Positions 12,253-23,180 of a DNA stretch of 64,000 nucleotides are shown here, one piece after another. The notes under the pieces were generated by a model. It was given only the letters and a program-made list of their open reading frames with translations. It was not told where the DNA came from and ran no database searches. The stretch covers positions 4,121,784 to 4,185,783 of the forward strand of contig JAUPSS010000004.1 in the NCBI GenBank assembly GCA_040285825.1. The letters are read 5' to 3'. The translations under genes and the position numbers were made by a program. The DNA is from Eukaryota sp. TZLM1-RC (Eukaryota > Protista > Metamonada: BaSk clade). Numbering within the stretch: position 1 is the stretch's first letter; the number at the start of each line of letters is the position of its first letter.

Positions 12253-15012
12253 TTATTTAAAACTAATAATTGGTAATAATCTACAAAATAATTCCTTCAA
12301 AACATCACCCATTTCCTTGTCATCAGTCTTTAAGGTAATTCTACCTTTAAGTGCATTAGAATTAAATTCTGTTCTAGCTAAAACCTTTGCTGAATCAATT
12401 TCAAAACCAAATAAAAAACTGTTAGGGTTGGGGTCTATGGTATCATAAAGAGAAAACCTGAGTCCTTTAAGAACTTTCGACACCATATTGTTATCAAAAA
12501 CTTCAAAATCAAATAGTTCTTGCTGTTGAAATTGAAGCATACTCCAATGTTGAATAAAAGAAGACTTGTCTGTTACGTTAAAATCTAATTCTTTAGAAAA
12601 ATTAAAAATCGTAAATGGTAAATTAATAAAAAATGTTGAATTGTTAAATTGTAAGTTGAACTTTGGAAGTTTGGGATGGAAATCTTTAATGGTGGCTTGA
12701 ATTTTGATTTGACATTGAGTTTTAGAAGCAATTGTACTTGGAATAGAAGAATTTAACATATCGATTCCATCACAATCAACAAAATCAAATTGAACATTGT
12801 TAAAATCAACACTGGATTTGTTTCCGATAAACAAAATAATTCTTCCAATCAATTTTGATTGACAATACTCGTGTCGAACCCCTATTTGTATAACCTCATT
12901 TTCGAATAAAACTGCCTTTTCCGACACCAAGCAAGTTATCCACTTTGGATACTGATTGTCATTAACTGAAAGGGAAGGTTTGTCATCAACTAAATCAATC
13001 AAGTCATTTGATTGATGAACTTCCTTTGATGGGGAGTCAATAACAGCCTCTACTGCTTCCTGAGGCGTATCTACTGTCGATTGAACAACCTTTTTCTCAA
13101 CTTTTCTTTGTAATAATGATCTCAGCGGATTACTACTGACTGGGCATTCAGGTATGGCATCCAAAACAGTTAACAAAGAGTCTTCATCCAAGTTTTGCAT
13201 CAATGAAAGGTATTCAATGCATCGTTGCTGGATGTCAGGGTCAATTGAAGAGGTCAATTTTGAAAGAATCTCAACGACTTTGGGTCTGATACTGACCTTA
13301 TCTACAACTGAAAGCTTAACAAATGCATTCAGAAACAAACCACGAGTAATAGAATCCCCTACTTCTACATGATTCCTAAAATGAGACACCAATAAAGTAA
13401 ATAATTCATTAATGTTAACAGATTCAGCACTAGAACCAAACTCCCCTGCCAAGTACACTCCTAATCGAATTACCGGAGAAGCTACGCTGAATTCATCTCT
13501 TGTGGTCGATAAGAGCTCGAACGCCTTGTTCAAAGCATAGGATTGGACGTCAGAGTTATTGATAACAAAATGGACGATTCGGTGCCAAAGAACATCAGGA
13601 ATGCTCTCCTTGCCTTGTTCCACCAAAGTAAACATCGAATCAAGCACCCACTTTTTCTCTTCAATTAGTTGTGAATTTTCGGCAAATGATTCACTTAGAA
13701 TAGCGATCCTCAGCACAATTTCCTCTCTCAAATGATCAGGAACTCCACTGCTGACAACTCCGTCCTCAGTTTGTTTAGATTCAGTTAAAAGGGAAAGTAG
13801 CTCACTGACAACTGATTGACAAGTTGATTCGTCAGCAGTGTCGAAAGCGACTCCAATCGACATCTTTTGAATTGACGAATCTACATCCCTCATCAAATCG
13901 CTCAAAACTGATTGGTGGTCATTAATCAGTTGCCTAATCAATCTGTGATCACTAAACATTGAGCACGCTTTGAGTCCCATAAACTTAAGATTGGGGTGAG
14001 TTGAGAGTAAGAATTTGCCAATTACCACAACTGATCGATGTGCTTCTTCAGGAAACTGGTCAACGTGAGTCAAACAGAATCCTATTGACTCAAACAGAAT
14101 AGAATATGAACAATTCTTTGAAACACCTTTTGGAACATCAGTCTCATTTAGTACCTCACCCAGCATGGATGACAACCTCATCTTAACTGATTGACTGATT
14201 GACGATAGCTGCAAAGTGGACAGTAGCGATAGACAGGACACTTGGAGCCATGGAACATACAGCCCGTGATATTTGAAAGAATGTGAAAAATGGCCATTAT
14301 AACACTGAGATAAAATATTAATTAATTCAGTTGCCAAGTTTTCCATCAATGATGACGTGACTGATGATGTGTCGCTTATGTTACTTCCCAGTGACTTTGC
14401 TAGGGTAATACAAGAGTTGAACACCGTAGGATCTGTATCAGATTGAAGAACTTTTGTTAATACTTCAAATAGCTCAGTTGCGGAGAAGACAGAAGGGTCA
14501 TGTTCATAGAGAGACCTCAGCGTAAGAGCAGAGCGGCTCTTCACTGAAGGCACGGATGATGAATCTTGAAGGAGTAAAATAACTTGGTCACCAAGGGTTT
14601 CGCACATTTCAGAGGTGGGAACATCGCAGGCAAGAGTTAGGGCTAGGTTTTGAACACGGGAGTCACTAGAATTGAGGTCTGACCGCATTTGGGAGAGACT
14701 AGAGAGAAGAAGGGTGGGTGTGCGGTGAAACAACAGGGAGGCAGCAAGGTAGCCAGTCTGTTTGTCAATGAATTTGTTAGAAGCCATGAGGTTGATTACT
14801 TCCTTGAGTCCCCATTCGACGTCATAGTCGAGTATATACATATACATGAGCTTACAAACGTATTTGCGACGATCATATGAGGAGAGTTTGCGTGTGTCAC
14901 GGAACTTGCACCGTATGTTAGCCATCTCCTTGTTTATACGCTTACGCTCATCTTCTTTTGTTTGAATTTGGCGTAGTTCTTGAATAAACTTGTGTAGACC
15001 TCGATAGTGCAT
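12253..15012 (-). CDS. AP2A: AP-2 adaptor complex subunit alpha
   Basis: RGLHKFIQELR...EDERKRINKEMANIR.KF; KYVCKLMYMYIL; PWLQV; REEIVLRIAILSE; D.DIQQRCIEY; appendage LFENEVIQIGVR. Confidence 0.95.
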   Translation of the reverse strand: MHYRGLHKFIQELRQIQTKEDERKRINKEMANIRCKFRDTRKLSSYDRRKYVCKLMYMYILDYDVEWGLKEVINLMASNKFIDKQTGYLAASLLFHRTPTLLLSSLSQMRSDLNSSDSRVQNLALTLACDVPTSEMCETLGDQVILLLQDSSSVPSVKSRSALTLRSLYEHDPSVFSATELFEVLTKVLQSDTDPTVFNSCITLAKSLGSNISDTSSVTSSLMENLATELINILSQCYNGHFSHSFKYHGLYVPWLQVSCLSLLSTLQLSSISQSVKMRLSSMLGEVLNETDVPKGVSKNCSYSILFESIGFCLTHVDQFPEEAHRSVVVIGKFLLSTHPNLKFMGLKACSMFSDHRLIRQLINDHQSVLSDLMRDVDSSIQKMSIGVAFDTADESTCQSVVSELLSLLTESKQTEDGVVSSGVPDHLREEIVLRIAILSESFAENSQLIEEKKWVLDSMFTLVEQGKESIPDVLWHRIVHFVINNSDVQSYALNKAFELLSTTRDEFSVASPVIRLGVYLAGEFGSSAESVNINELFTLLVSHFRNHVEVGDSITRGLFLNAFVKLSVVDKVSIRPKVVEILSKLTSSIDPDIQQRCIEYLSLMQNLDEDSLLTVLDAIPECPVSSNPLRSLLQRKVEKKVVQSTVDTPQEAVEAVIDSPSKEVHQSNDLIDLVDDKPSLSVNDNQYPKWITCLVSEKAVLFENEVIQIGVRHEYCQSKLIGRIILFIGNKSSVDFNNVQFDFVDCDGIDMLNSSIPSTIASKTQCQIKIQATIKDFHPKLPKFNLQFNNSTFFINLPFTIFNFSKELDFNVTDKSSFIQHWSMLQFQQQELFDFEVFDNNMVSKVLKGLRFSLYDTIDPNPNSFLFGFEIDSAKVLARTEFNSNALKGRITLKTDDKEMGDVLKELFCRLLPIISFK

Positions 15013-16599
15013 TGAAATGATGGTGAATTGCTGTGAGGTGCTTAATTAAGCTAATTATGTGAATCACCAATCCCATTCCCTGGTAATTCTCCAAGTGCCT
15101 TTTCTTACTTTTTACACCGTCTCTTCTCTTGACACGGACTTATGAACTGTGACCTAGGTCTCCCGTTCTTCTTCTTCACTTGTTCAGCGCTTAATTCCGG
15201 ACCATTGAGCTTCCCCTTACAGCGATGAATACTGTCATTCTAGTGTATAACAAACTTGGATAACGATATGTTTTACTGATAATGGTCTATTCATAAATCA
15301 TTATGTTAATTAGGCAGTATTTGGCAAGAGCCCAGCCTTCTTTGTTCATCTCATAGAGCATTAGCCATATTGAATATTGTTAAAAGATGTACTACACTTC
15401 TCGTTAAAATTTAAATAGATTAAATAAAAAATAAACTTTATTTGTTGTAAATATCATTACTCATTAATTCTATTGTGTAGCATTAAAATGTCCTCAGCAT
15501 TTGAACAACTGTGTAAAGTTCGCCTGATCACTAAAGTCGATGTATCTGGATGACTAGTGACACCAATGTTTGTGACAAGAAAATCTGTTTGGTCAACAAA
15601 GGATTAAGCAAGAATAGACTAGCTATACTGCAAAACATCTCCTTTGATTTCTTCTAATCTTGTGAGCCAGATGTGGAAAATATTTGAAATACTTTCAATC
15701 TATTGGTCTTCAATTGGGACCCCTGATCATCATGATTACTATCATCAAATTGTAGACAACGTGATGCAAAAAAAGACGTCTTGTTCAAAACCTTCTTCAG
15801 CAAAAGGCGGTAAAAGAAAAGAAAGACGCATCGTGAACATCAGGAAGGACCGATGAAGTTCTGGCGCCAAGAATCGGGGTAAAAAAATGACAAAAAAGAA
15901 AAAAAATATTTTGAAAGAAGACATTGGGAAAAAACGGGAACGTGATGGGTGTGATCGGAAATACATATGAAATGGTTTTGACAGTGTGGTGGTCTGTTTG
16001 GTTCAATAATAATCCCCCTCAGATTCCCCCTGGTCTTACTCCCCCTCGAAATCCCCCTGGCCTAATTCTTTCAATTTCTGTTGCTCCAATTGTGGATCAT
16101 TCTGCCAACTCCCTCTCCTCATCTACCTACCCCGCTGTCCTTATGAGATTTAGCAGAATTCAACTAGATTTCAACTTTGTGATGCAGAAAATCATAGTGA
16201 TTAAGCTAATACATTTACTCAAGCTCAATCAATTAAATCTTAGGTTTATTTGACGGAAAGCATTCTGATTTTACAAACTTCAACTACAGTACAAAACTAG
16301 TTTGTTTTGTGAAAAAATACTAAAAAATGGGAATATTCTCAAAGTATTAGTGATTGTAATAGTTAATAAACAACTCTGTCCTACATTACACATTACACAA
16401 TCATATTTATTATTTAAGTAATTATGATGGGGGACAACAGCATTTATGATGATCAGCGTGGAGGGTTTTAGGGTGAGTGACAACAATTGTTTTAAGAAGG
16501 GAATCAATTGCAGGTATAAGGTAAAAAAGAAAAAATAAATTAAGAGAATAATTATAATATTATAATAAAGAAAAAAATACCATGGGCTTCTCACAAAGG

Positions 16600-17075
16600 T
16601 TCAAAATTTTTGAGTTTCCCCTTGAATATTTTTCAAAGCTTGAAGAAATTCCCACTGGTTGAAGAAACATATTTAAAAACAAAGTTAATCAAAAATCAAT
16701 GTTGGAAACGAATTTTCAAACGATGCCCTTATCAAAAAAATTTAATATAAACAAAAAGGATTGAAAAATAATTTTAAAACTTATAAAACTTTTTGATTGA
16801 AAACTAACGGTAATGAGCTGCTTTTGACATTTGAAGGTAAAAATAATGATTCAGAAAACACAGATGAGCTGGACGAACCACCGAAAAAGAAAAGAAGATC
16901 AAAAAATGAAATGAAAAGTGACCCTAATGCCAACAAAACCAGAGAAGTAGAGTTATTAGGTACCAAAACAATGCCTCTTCAACGACGCAGACAACCACTC
17001 GAAACAAATCCTGAAAGGCCCCTTATTGGTGTTGATCTGGGCCAATCTAGATTATGTGGTTACTTCTTAAACATG
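16600..17075 (+). pseudogene. Fanzor/TnpB-like central fragment
   Basis: KNQCWKRIF, then KTNG.ELLLTF (TDG-like motif), then LIGVDLG (RuvC-I); frameshifted and truncated at both ends. Confidence 0.55.
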
Positions 17076-17514
17076 AGTGAAAATCACAGCAGCAATGTCT
17101 TCTTACAAACTCTTCTTTTATCCTAATATCACCAGTTACTGCTCTGTTACTCATTTGCTAGAACAATCATCAAATTTTCAACCTCACTCAGTTTCTATCG
17201 ATTTTCAGAGTTCTTTGTCTTGTTACCATTACATAATTGAATCGGATTTTTTGAAGTAGATTAAGTAGGTAGATTTAGTACAAGGTAATCAACCTCAAAT
17301 TTCAACATAGTGCACTTGATACATGTTAAAAGATACAAGTATATTTACTGAAGAGATTGAAAAGACAAATGAATATTTCAACAAACAAAGCAAAGTTGAT
17401 ATTTATAAACAAATTCAAAGCTCAAAAATAGAGAATCCTTGAGAGAAAAATAAATTAAAATTAAATTGAAAAAGCAGTGAACTTCAACCGATATTCAATT
17501 ATCTAATCAAACAC

Positions 17515-18849
17515 TCATTCCTTCCTCAACAATTCACTTCTTCTAAATGAATTTCCTTGAATCATGAAACCCCAAAGATTTGCGAAATACCTTGCAATGT
17601 CCATCAAATCCTCAGCACTAGCTCTAACATTTTTGTTGAACTCAACCAAGGTAAGGGGATGGTTACTGTAATCACCAAGGGAGAACTGATCAAAACACAA
17701 TGAACCACTGGATAAACCAAGACGACGAAGGCGAGGGAGAGCAGTAAGGAGCAGGGTAAATGACTCAATGCTACCTTCAATGTCAAGTTCAACAAGATGT
17801 GGGCATTGAGTAGCAAGTACCTTAATGTGGGGCTCATTAAAAACACCCAACACTTTCAAGTATTTCAGTGACGATGGCAGTGACAGTAAGAGTTGATCAA
17901 TGATGAGGGCTGGATAGTGTTTGGAACTACTGAACTGAGGAGGGGCACTAACTGAGATGAAAGAGAGGTTGGGTTGATACGGGATGAAATGGGATAACCA
18001 TTGGATGTTTTGAGGACTGGAGGTAGTAATTGCAATGTTTGTCAGGTGAGGACAGTAGATTTCATTAGGACTGAAGGAAGCAAACAACTTTGAAACTAAT
18101 ATATGTAGCGCCACTCCGTCAAGATGAGGTAATACCCTAGCAATAAGTTTTGGACAATCTACTGAATACAAAAGGGCATGAACAAGTTCTATCAATAATG
18201 GTCGTTGCTCAAGACTGTTTAAACTAAAGTTTGCCACATCAGTTCCATTGGACTTCCGACAGAGGCGAATAGTGTGTACATAAGGAAGAGCATTGAAAGC
18301 AAGTAACAGTTGACGTAAAGTAGCTACATGGCTTTCAAATTTATCAAATGCACTAATCGTTAAAATTGACGCTGGAATATCTGAATACTGAGAGAGCGAA
18401 ACAAGTTCACTCAGACTAACATCTAAATGTCGAATTGCTGGAGAAAACCCTGGGTTGTATATCAATTTGGTAGGAATATCGTGAACAATATTCAATGCAT
18501 TCAGCTTGTCTTGTTGAGTTTTGCGGAAAGTTCTGAATTTATAGCAGTTCGCATTAATAAGGTACCGTATTCTATTACTTTGACATATAAAACGAGAGAT
18601 TAACTTATAGTCATGAGGCAGAAATCCACAGCTAATTCTATCAGCATTTGGCCAGTAACTAAGGAGCTTGGGCAAGAAAGCAGAGTTGAGACAGTCTTTG
18701 TCTAGGTCAATGTTTACAACAATCTGAAAATACTGGTTAGTTGAAGTCCTAAGTTGCTTTGATATTGTACGAAGCAATAAATGTATATTGAAAGACAGAT
18801 AAGAACATATAGAGAAGAACTCGTCGTTGTAATGAGCTAGTTTGAGCAT
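17515..18849 (-). CDS. F-box/LRR-like protein (probable ATG at 18849)
   Basis: N-terminal F-box-like DEFFSICSYLS...LLRTISKQLR; C-terminal LRR-like LATQCPHLVELDI, LPRLRRLGL. Confidence 0.6.
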   Translation of the reverse strand: MLKLAHYNDEFFSICSYLSFNIHLLLRTISKQLRTSTNQYFQIVVNIDLDKDCLNSAFLPKLLSYWPNADRISCGFLPHDYKLISRFICQSNRIRYLINANCYKFRTFRKTQQDKLNALNIVHDIPTKLIYNPGFSPAIRHLDVSLSELVSLSQYSDIPASILTISAFDKFESHVATLRQLLLAFNALPYVHTIRLCRKSNGTDVANFSLNSLEQRPLLIELVHALLYSVDCPKLIARVLPHLDGVALHILVSKLFASFSPNEIYCPHLTNIAITTSSPQNIQWLSHFIPYQPNLSFISVSAPPQFSSSKHYPALIIDQLLLSLPSSLKYLKVLGVFNEPHIKVLATQCPHLVELDIEGSIESFTLLLTALPRLRRLGLSSGSLCFDQFSLGDYSNHPLTLVEFNKNVRASAEDLMDIARYFANLWGFMIQGNSFRRSELLRKE

Positions 18850-19072
18850 TGCGTCTATCAAATTAAAAAAAGTTATTGAAACAAATAAATGAATCAAACA
18901 ATACACATTTGTATTTGCAAAACCTGAAAAGCAGTTGAAAACATTGAATAACAACAAAACTAGAACAAAATGGCAAACATATTAACTAATGAAACAAAGG
19001 ATCCAACACTCTTCCTAATTATTATAAACATGATCTTGCTTTATTAACAGCATGATTTCACAGACAGTAACA

Positions 19073-19294
19073 TCACATCTCCTCCATATCTTGACTTTCA
19101 GGCGGTTGTTGTTGCGCACGAATGAAGGTTATGAAATCATGGACAACTTCCCCTTCTTCAACTGCATAAGAATTAAAATGTTTGTTGATCATGGACACAA
19201 GTTCACGTCTGCCGACGTTTGCCTTCAGTCCAAAGAACTCTTGGTAACGCCTTTGCGTCTCACGTGGTAGAACACCAAGATCAATTGTGGTCAT
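19073..19294 (-). CDS. SAP30-like protein consisting of only the Sin3-binding domain (73 aa)
   Basis: IDLGVL..ETQRRYQEFFGL......RELVSMINKHF....VEEGEVVHDFI fits the SAP30 C-terminal domain pattern. Confidence 0.75.
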   Translation of the reverse strand: MTTIDLGVLPRETQRRYQEFFGLKANVGRRELVSMINKHFNSYAVEEGEVVHDFITFIRAQQQPPESQDMEEM

Positions 19295-19609
19295 TGTAAA
19301 GGTGTGATGTATGTAAAATTTCTCACGATTTACATAATTTTTTGAATAGTATTTGGATATGGTGTCATCTTTGTCTACCAAACACACCGTGTAGCAATGC
19401 GATAAGCGTGTCTTCTCTAACCTTGTACTTCATAGTTGATTCACTGAAAAGTAAATGTCTCTAATCCCACTATTTTGGCACGTACGACATTGACAGAAGG
19501 TGCTGCTGATTCAAAAGCTTACTGCAGAAGAAACAGATTCTTAAAATCGAAGCAAATGATTTCGATTACTTATTTATTAATAAGCAAATAGATTTCCACA
19601 AAACGTAGT

Positions 19610-20899
19610 CTACAATACTTCACCAAATCTAAACCTTGTGTCTATTTTCGAACCTCTATGTTTTTCAATGACCTTTACAATTTTCATAATTTCAGCTACG
19701 GTTATAGGTTCATTGAATTGAACCATTTTTGAATTACAAGCTGTACCACGAACACCAATAGCTATTGTTTGATCATCTATAATTCTGGGAGCAATTGGCT
19801 TGTTAACGTGTCCACTCAGTGAATTAGATGTTGAACTTGGCCCTTCTTGTGATTTGTCTAATTGGTTGAAATCTGTGATTAGAATACTTTCTGGATGATT
19901 TTCAACTGTTTTACTATTCATTTCATGAAATGGAATAGCTGGTTCTTCACATAAGTCACTCGGTTCTTCCTTAATAACCATTGGAAGCACAGCTAGGTCG
20001 CAGTAGAGGTTGTCGTCTACTTCAGATTTGACCTGAGGGCCTCTTCTCTTCTTTTTTCTTGCTTTTTCCGGGGTTTTACAAACATATCTAGATCTTAATT
20101 GTATTCCAGGTAATGATGGATCTTTTTTCTTGTTTAATTTAGCATTTTCTCCAAATAAACCATTGGTTTTTTTCAGGTGGGTTAATGGTTTTAGCCTGTT
20201 GACATTTATTGTGTTTGGTACCTTAAATAGAAACAATGTTGGAAAATCACATTGTAGTTGAGGAATTTGGGAGACTCCACTTAAAGTAGTAATAAAAAAT
20301 AGATAATTGGAATTTCTTGACTCTAATAAAATGTCCTTGGCTTGAGAATGACCTTGTATATTGAGAACCTCATGATCATTTTTTTGAACCTGAAGAATGT
20401 TCTTTATCTTTTTGCTTAAAGAACTTTGGACATTACACACATTGACTCCTTCATTTTTTGGATATACTTGTCCAATTGAAAACAAATAGTAATTGGGACA
20501 GTGTAATTTAACAAGATTTGGTGGCGACTGGCTTAATCCATAATGTGAACTAATCAAATCAAATGTTTGGTCTGTTTGATGAATTGAAAACTGTTTGTAA
20601 GGCAGGATCTGATCACTCAACCCTATAATTGTTTCAGGTAAATTAAACTCTGTTAAATTTGCAGTAATGACTGTGACAAAACACTGTAATTCTGAAGCTT
20701 TGCTTTCAAAATCAACAACTAAGTTCAATGAAAGGGGTAGTTGTCTAAACAGTTCAACGTTATCTAATTCTTGGAATTTATCAAAAGAACTTATGGTGAT
20801 TCTTCTACCATAGACACCGTTTCTTGTGCATCCAACACTCTGAGCAACAAAAGGAACGTCATCCAAGTAACGTGAACATAGCTGAATAGCATTAGGCAT
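19610..20899 (-). CDS. Hypothetical protein (429 aa) with a basic NLS-like stretch
   Basis: Long ATG-initiated ORF in AT-rich DNA; no family recognised. Confidence 0.6.
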   Translation of the reverse strand: MPNAIQLCSRYLDDVPFVAQSVGCTRNGVYGRRITISSFDKFQELDNVELFRQLPLSLNLVVDFESKASELQCFVTVITANLTEFNLPETIIGLSDQILPYKQFSIHQTDQTFDLISSHYGLSQSPPNLVKLHCPNYYLFSIGQVYPKNEGVNVCNVQSSLSKKIKNILQVQKNDHEVLNIQGHSQAKDILLESRNSNYLFFITTLSGVSQIPQLQCDFPTLFLFKVPNTINVNRLKPLTHLKKTNGLFGENAKLNKKKDPSLPGIQLRSRYVCKTPEKARKKKRRGPQVKSEVDDNLYCDLAVLPMVIKEEPSDLCEEPAIPFHEMNSKTVENHPESILITDFNQLDKSQEGPSSTSNSLSGHVNKPIAPRIIDDQTIAIGVRGTACNSKMVQFNEPITVAEIMKIVKVIEKHRGSKIDTRFRFGEVL

Positions 20900-21034
20900 C
20901 CAAACAATTACAGAAAAGAATTGTTCGGTTGAATAATTTGAGTTAATTTCAAGTATAAATTCACACTGATTCTCTTGTATTGATTTGTTTCTAAAATGAG
21001 AGGATAATTATTACATACCTAAGCAGTAATGGAT

Positions 21035-21415
21035 TTAAAGAGATAGTGGGCAAGGAACCAATGTTCTGCTCATCATTGTTGAGTAATACTTCTCTTGCAA
21101 ACGACAGTGGAGGTAATGTGCGCGAAATAGGAAGGCGACGTTTCTGTGGTGAGTGACAGTTAAGAAAGCCAATACTTTAAAGGATGCGGAGATATTGGAT
21201 AATGTAGTGTGGGTCAGGTTAACTAAGAACAATTCATCTACTAGAACGGTTTGAGTAGATTCACTATCGCTTGCCCAAGAATGTACAGATCGAACAACAA
21301 AAGGAGAAAGTGGGAACCCAGGGTTCACTTCAAAAAGTGGGGTGAGGAGAGGTCCTGAGGAACGATGACAGAGATCACCAAACCAGTTGCGCTTCACAGC
21401 TTCAAGATGTGCCAT
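21035..21415 (-). CDS. Hypothetical protein (126 aa)
   Basis: ATG-initiated ORF, more GC-rich than its flanks. Confidence 0.45.
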   Translation of the reverse strand: MAHLEAVKRNWFGDLCHRSSGPLLTPLFEVNPGFPLSPFVVRSVHSWASDSESTQTVLVDELFLVNLTHTTLSNISASFKVLAFLTVTHHRNVAFLFRAHYLHCRLQEKYYSTMMSRTLVPCPLSL

Positions 21416-21982
21416 TGATTATACATTTAGAGTGCAGGGAACGTTTTTTGAATTATCGATTCTTTCACCACCTTTTATTTTTCAATTACCCCAGCTCATT
21501 TATTATTACCCCAGCAAGATTCTTCCCCTTATTTTCTCCTCTTTTTCCACGTTTCCCTGGATGAAACCTTTGTATAACTGGCATACTACTTTCTTGGTGA
21601 AAAGAATGCATATGACCCTTACATTTGTCATCGATTATTCCCCTTCTTAAACACAATCTTAAACAAAAAGTACAGTATAACCTGACACAAGTGAGTTTTC
21701 ACAATTATATACATTTTGAATTTCAAGTAGAATTATGAAAGGAAACAAACTTTTATTAATGAATACAATACTGACATATTGTGTTCATCCACAACAACCA
21801 GTAATAGAAATAAGAACCAATTCAATATTGAAAAACATATCAGAGATTTTGAAACTAAAAGTCCCCTTTTGGAATTGTTTAAAAGACATCTGTCAAAGAG
21901 GAGCTTCTGTCTGAATTACCCAAACTTCCTCTATTTATAGACCTTCTCTTTTAAAAAATTAATGAATTACATTTAACTATAT

Positions 21983-22330
21983 GTGTTCGTTGATTTTGTG
22001 GCCAAAAAAGTGCCTAATCATTCAATATGGAATTTTGAAAAGGTTCTCTTGTTGACACATCTACTAAACTGTAAACATTTCACACCATTTTGCGGTAAGG
22101 TGCATAAACCTTCTAGTCAATTCTTATATGGAACCACTGGTGTCACTGACCAACCTCAAATATGGTACAACTTAATATTTCACATCTTGATGAATAGAAG
22201 AAAAACAAAGATTTCTTGAAGGGGAAATAGATTTTGATTGGTCTAGTATTAAGGAAGGGTCTTTGATAGGGTCTTCACTAGACGACATTAGTCTGTATAA
22301 ACAATGAATCCAAATCATCGTTTGGATTTG
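21983..22330. repeat. Dispersed repeat of unknown family; inverted copy at 58175-58490
   Basis: Near-identical conceptual translations (VDFVAKKVPNHSIWNFEKVLLLT.LLNCKHFTPFCGKVHKPSSQF) at both loci. Confidence 0.9.
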
Positions 22331-22417
22331 TGTTTGATGCATTTCTATTTTTAATAAAAATTGTTTTCAAGTGTTGAATCATTCACAACAATAATTCATT
22401 TATCCAATTATCACACA

Positions 22418-23065
22418 ATGGCTATCCAGAACACCTTAGCACTTTTTAAACCTGACCTCGTTGCATCTGGAAAGCAGGACGAAGTCCAAGCTATCATTGA
22501 AAGCAATGGATTGACTGTTGTTCGTAAAGAAACAATCACCCTCGATCGTGATCGTGCTGGATCATTCTATGCCGAACACGAAGGCAAACCTTTCTTCAAC
22601 AGTCTTGTTGATTTTATGACTTCCGGCCCAATTGTTGCATTAATTCTTTCTGGTGAAAACGCCATCAAGAAATGGCGCTCGATTATGGTTTGCTAGGTTT
22701 TCATACTCACCACAGGGTCCTACCAACGTTGATGTTGCACGCAAGGAAGCTCCTGAATCCATTCGTGCCCTCTTTGCTGAATCAACCACTAGAAACGCTG
22801 TTCATGGGTCAGACAGCGAGGAATCAGCCAAACGCGAAATCTCTTTCTACTTTCCAGAGTGTTGTTGTACAATTAGGAATTAATCTCAGTCAAGCATAGT
22901 GTACCTACCGAATCGGAGGTCCGTCAGTTCATCAATGATAAATTATCGCCTCTACTACAAACCGCATTAACCGAAATGGCAAAAATAAGACCTGATGACC
23001 CGATAAAGTGGCTTGCAGACTACCTCATTGCTAATAACCCAAACTCCCCCCAAGTGGAAGAATAA
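22418..23065 (+). CDS. NME5: Nucleoside diphosphate kinase with C-terminal Dpy-30 domain (NME5/RSP23-type); introns 22688-22715 and 22861-22889
   Basis: [30 protein letters not shown]|[13 protein letters not shown]; second splice joins [26 protein letters not shown] (Dpy-30). Confidence 0.92.
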
Positions 23066-23180
23066 ATTACACTCTATTTCATTTTATCTGAGCAGTAATT
23101 GCTTATACTGTAAGGTTTACGCTGATGGTCATATAATAAGATGTTGACCACTATATACAAATTGTTTAAAAATGAAATAC

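Noticed and set aside
15060-16600. Short ORFs and an AATCCCCCT-type triple repeat (about 16010-16060)
   Set aside because: No recognisable motifs, multiple stops and no boundaries; may be decayed mobile DNA but cannot be supported
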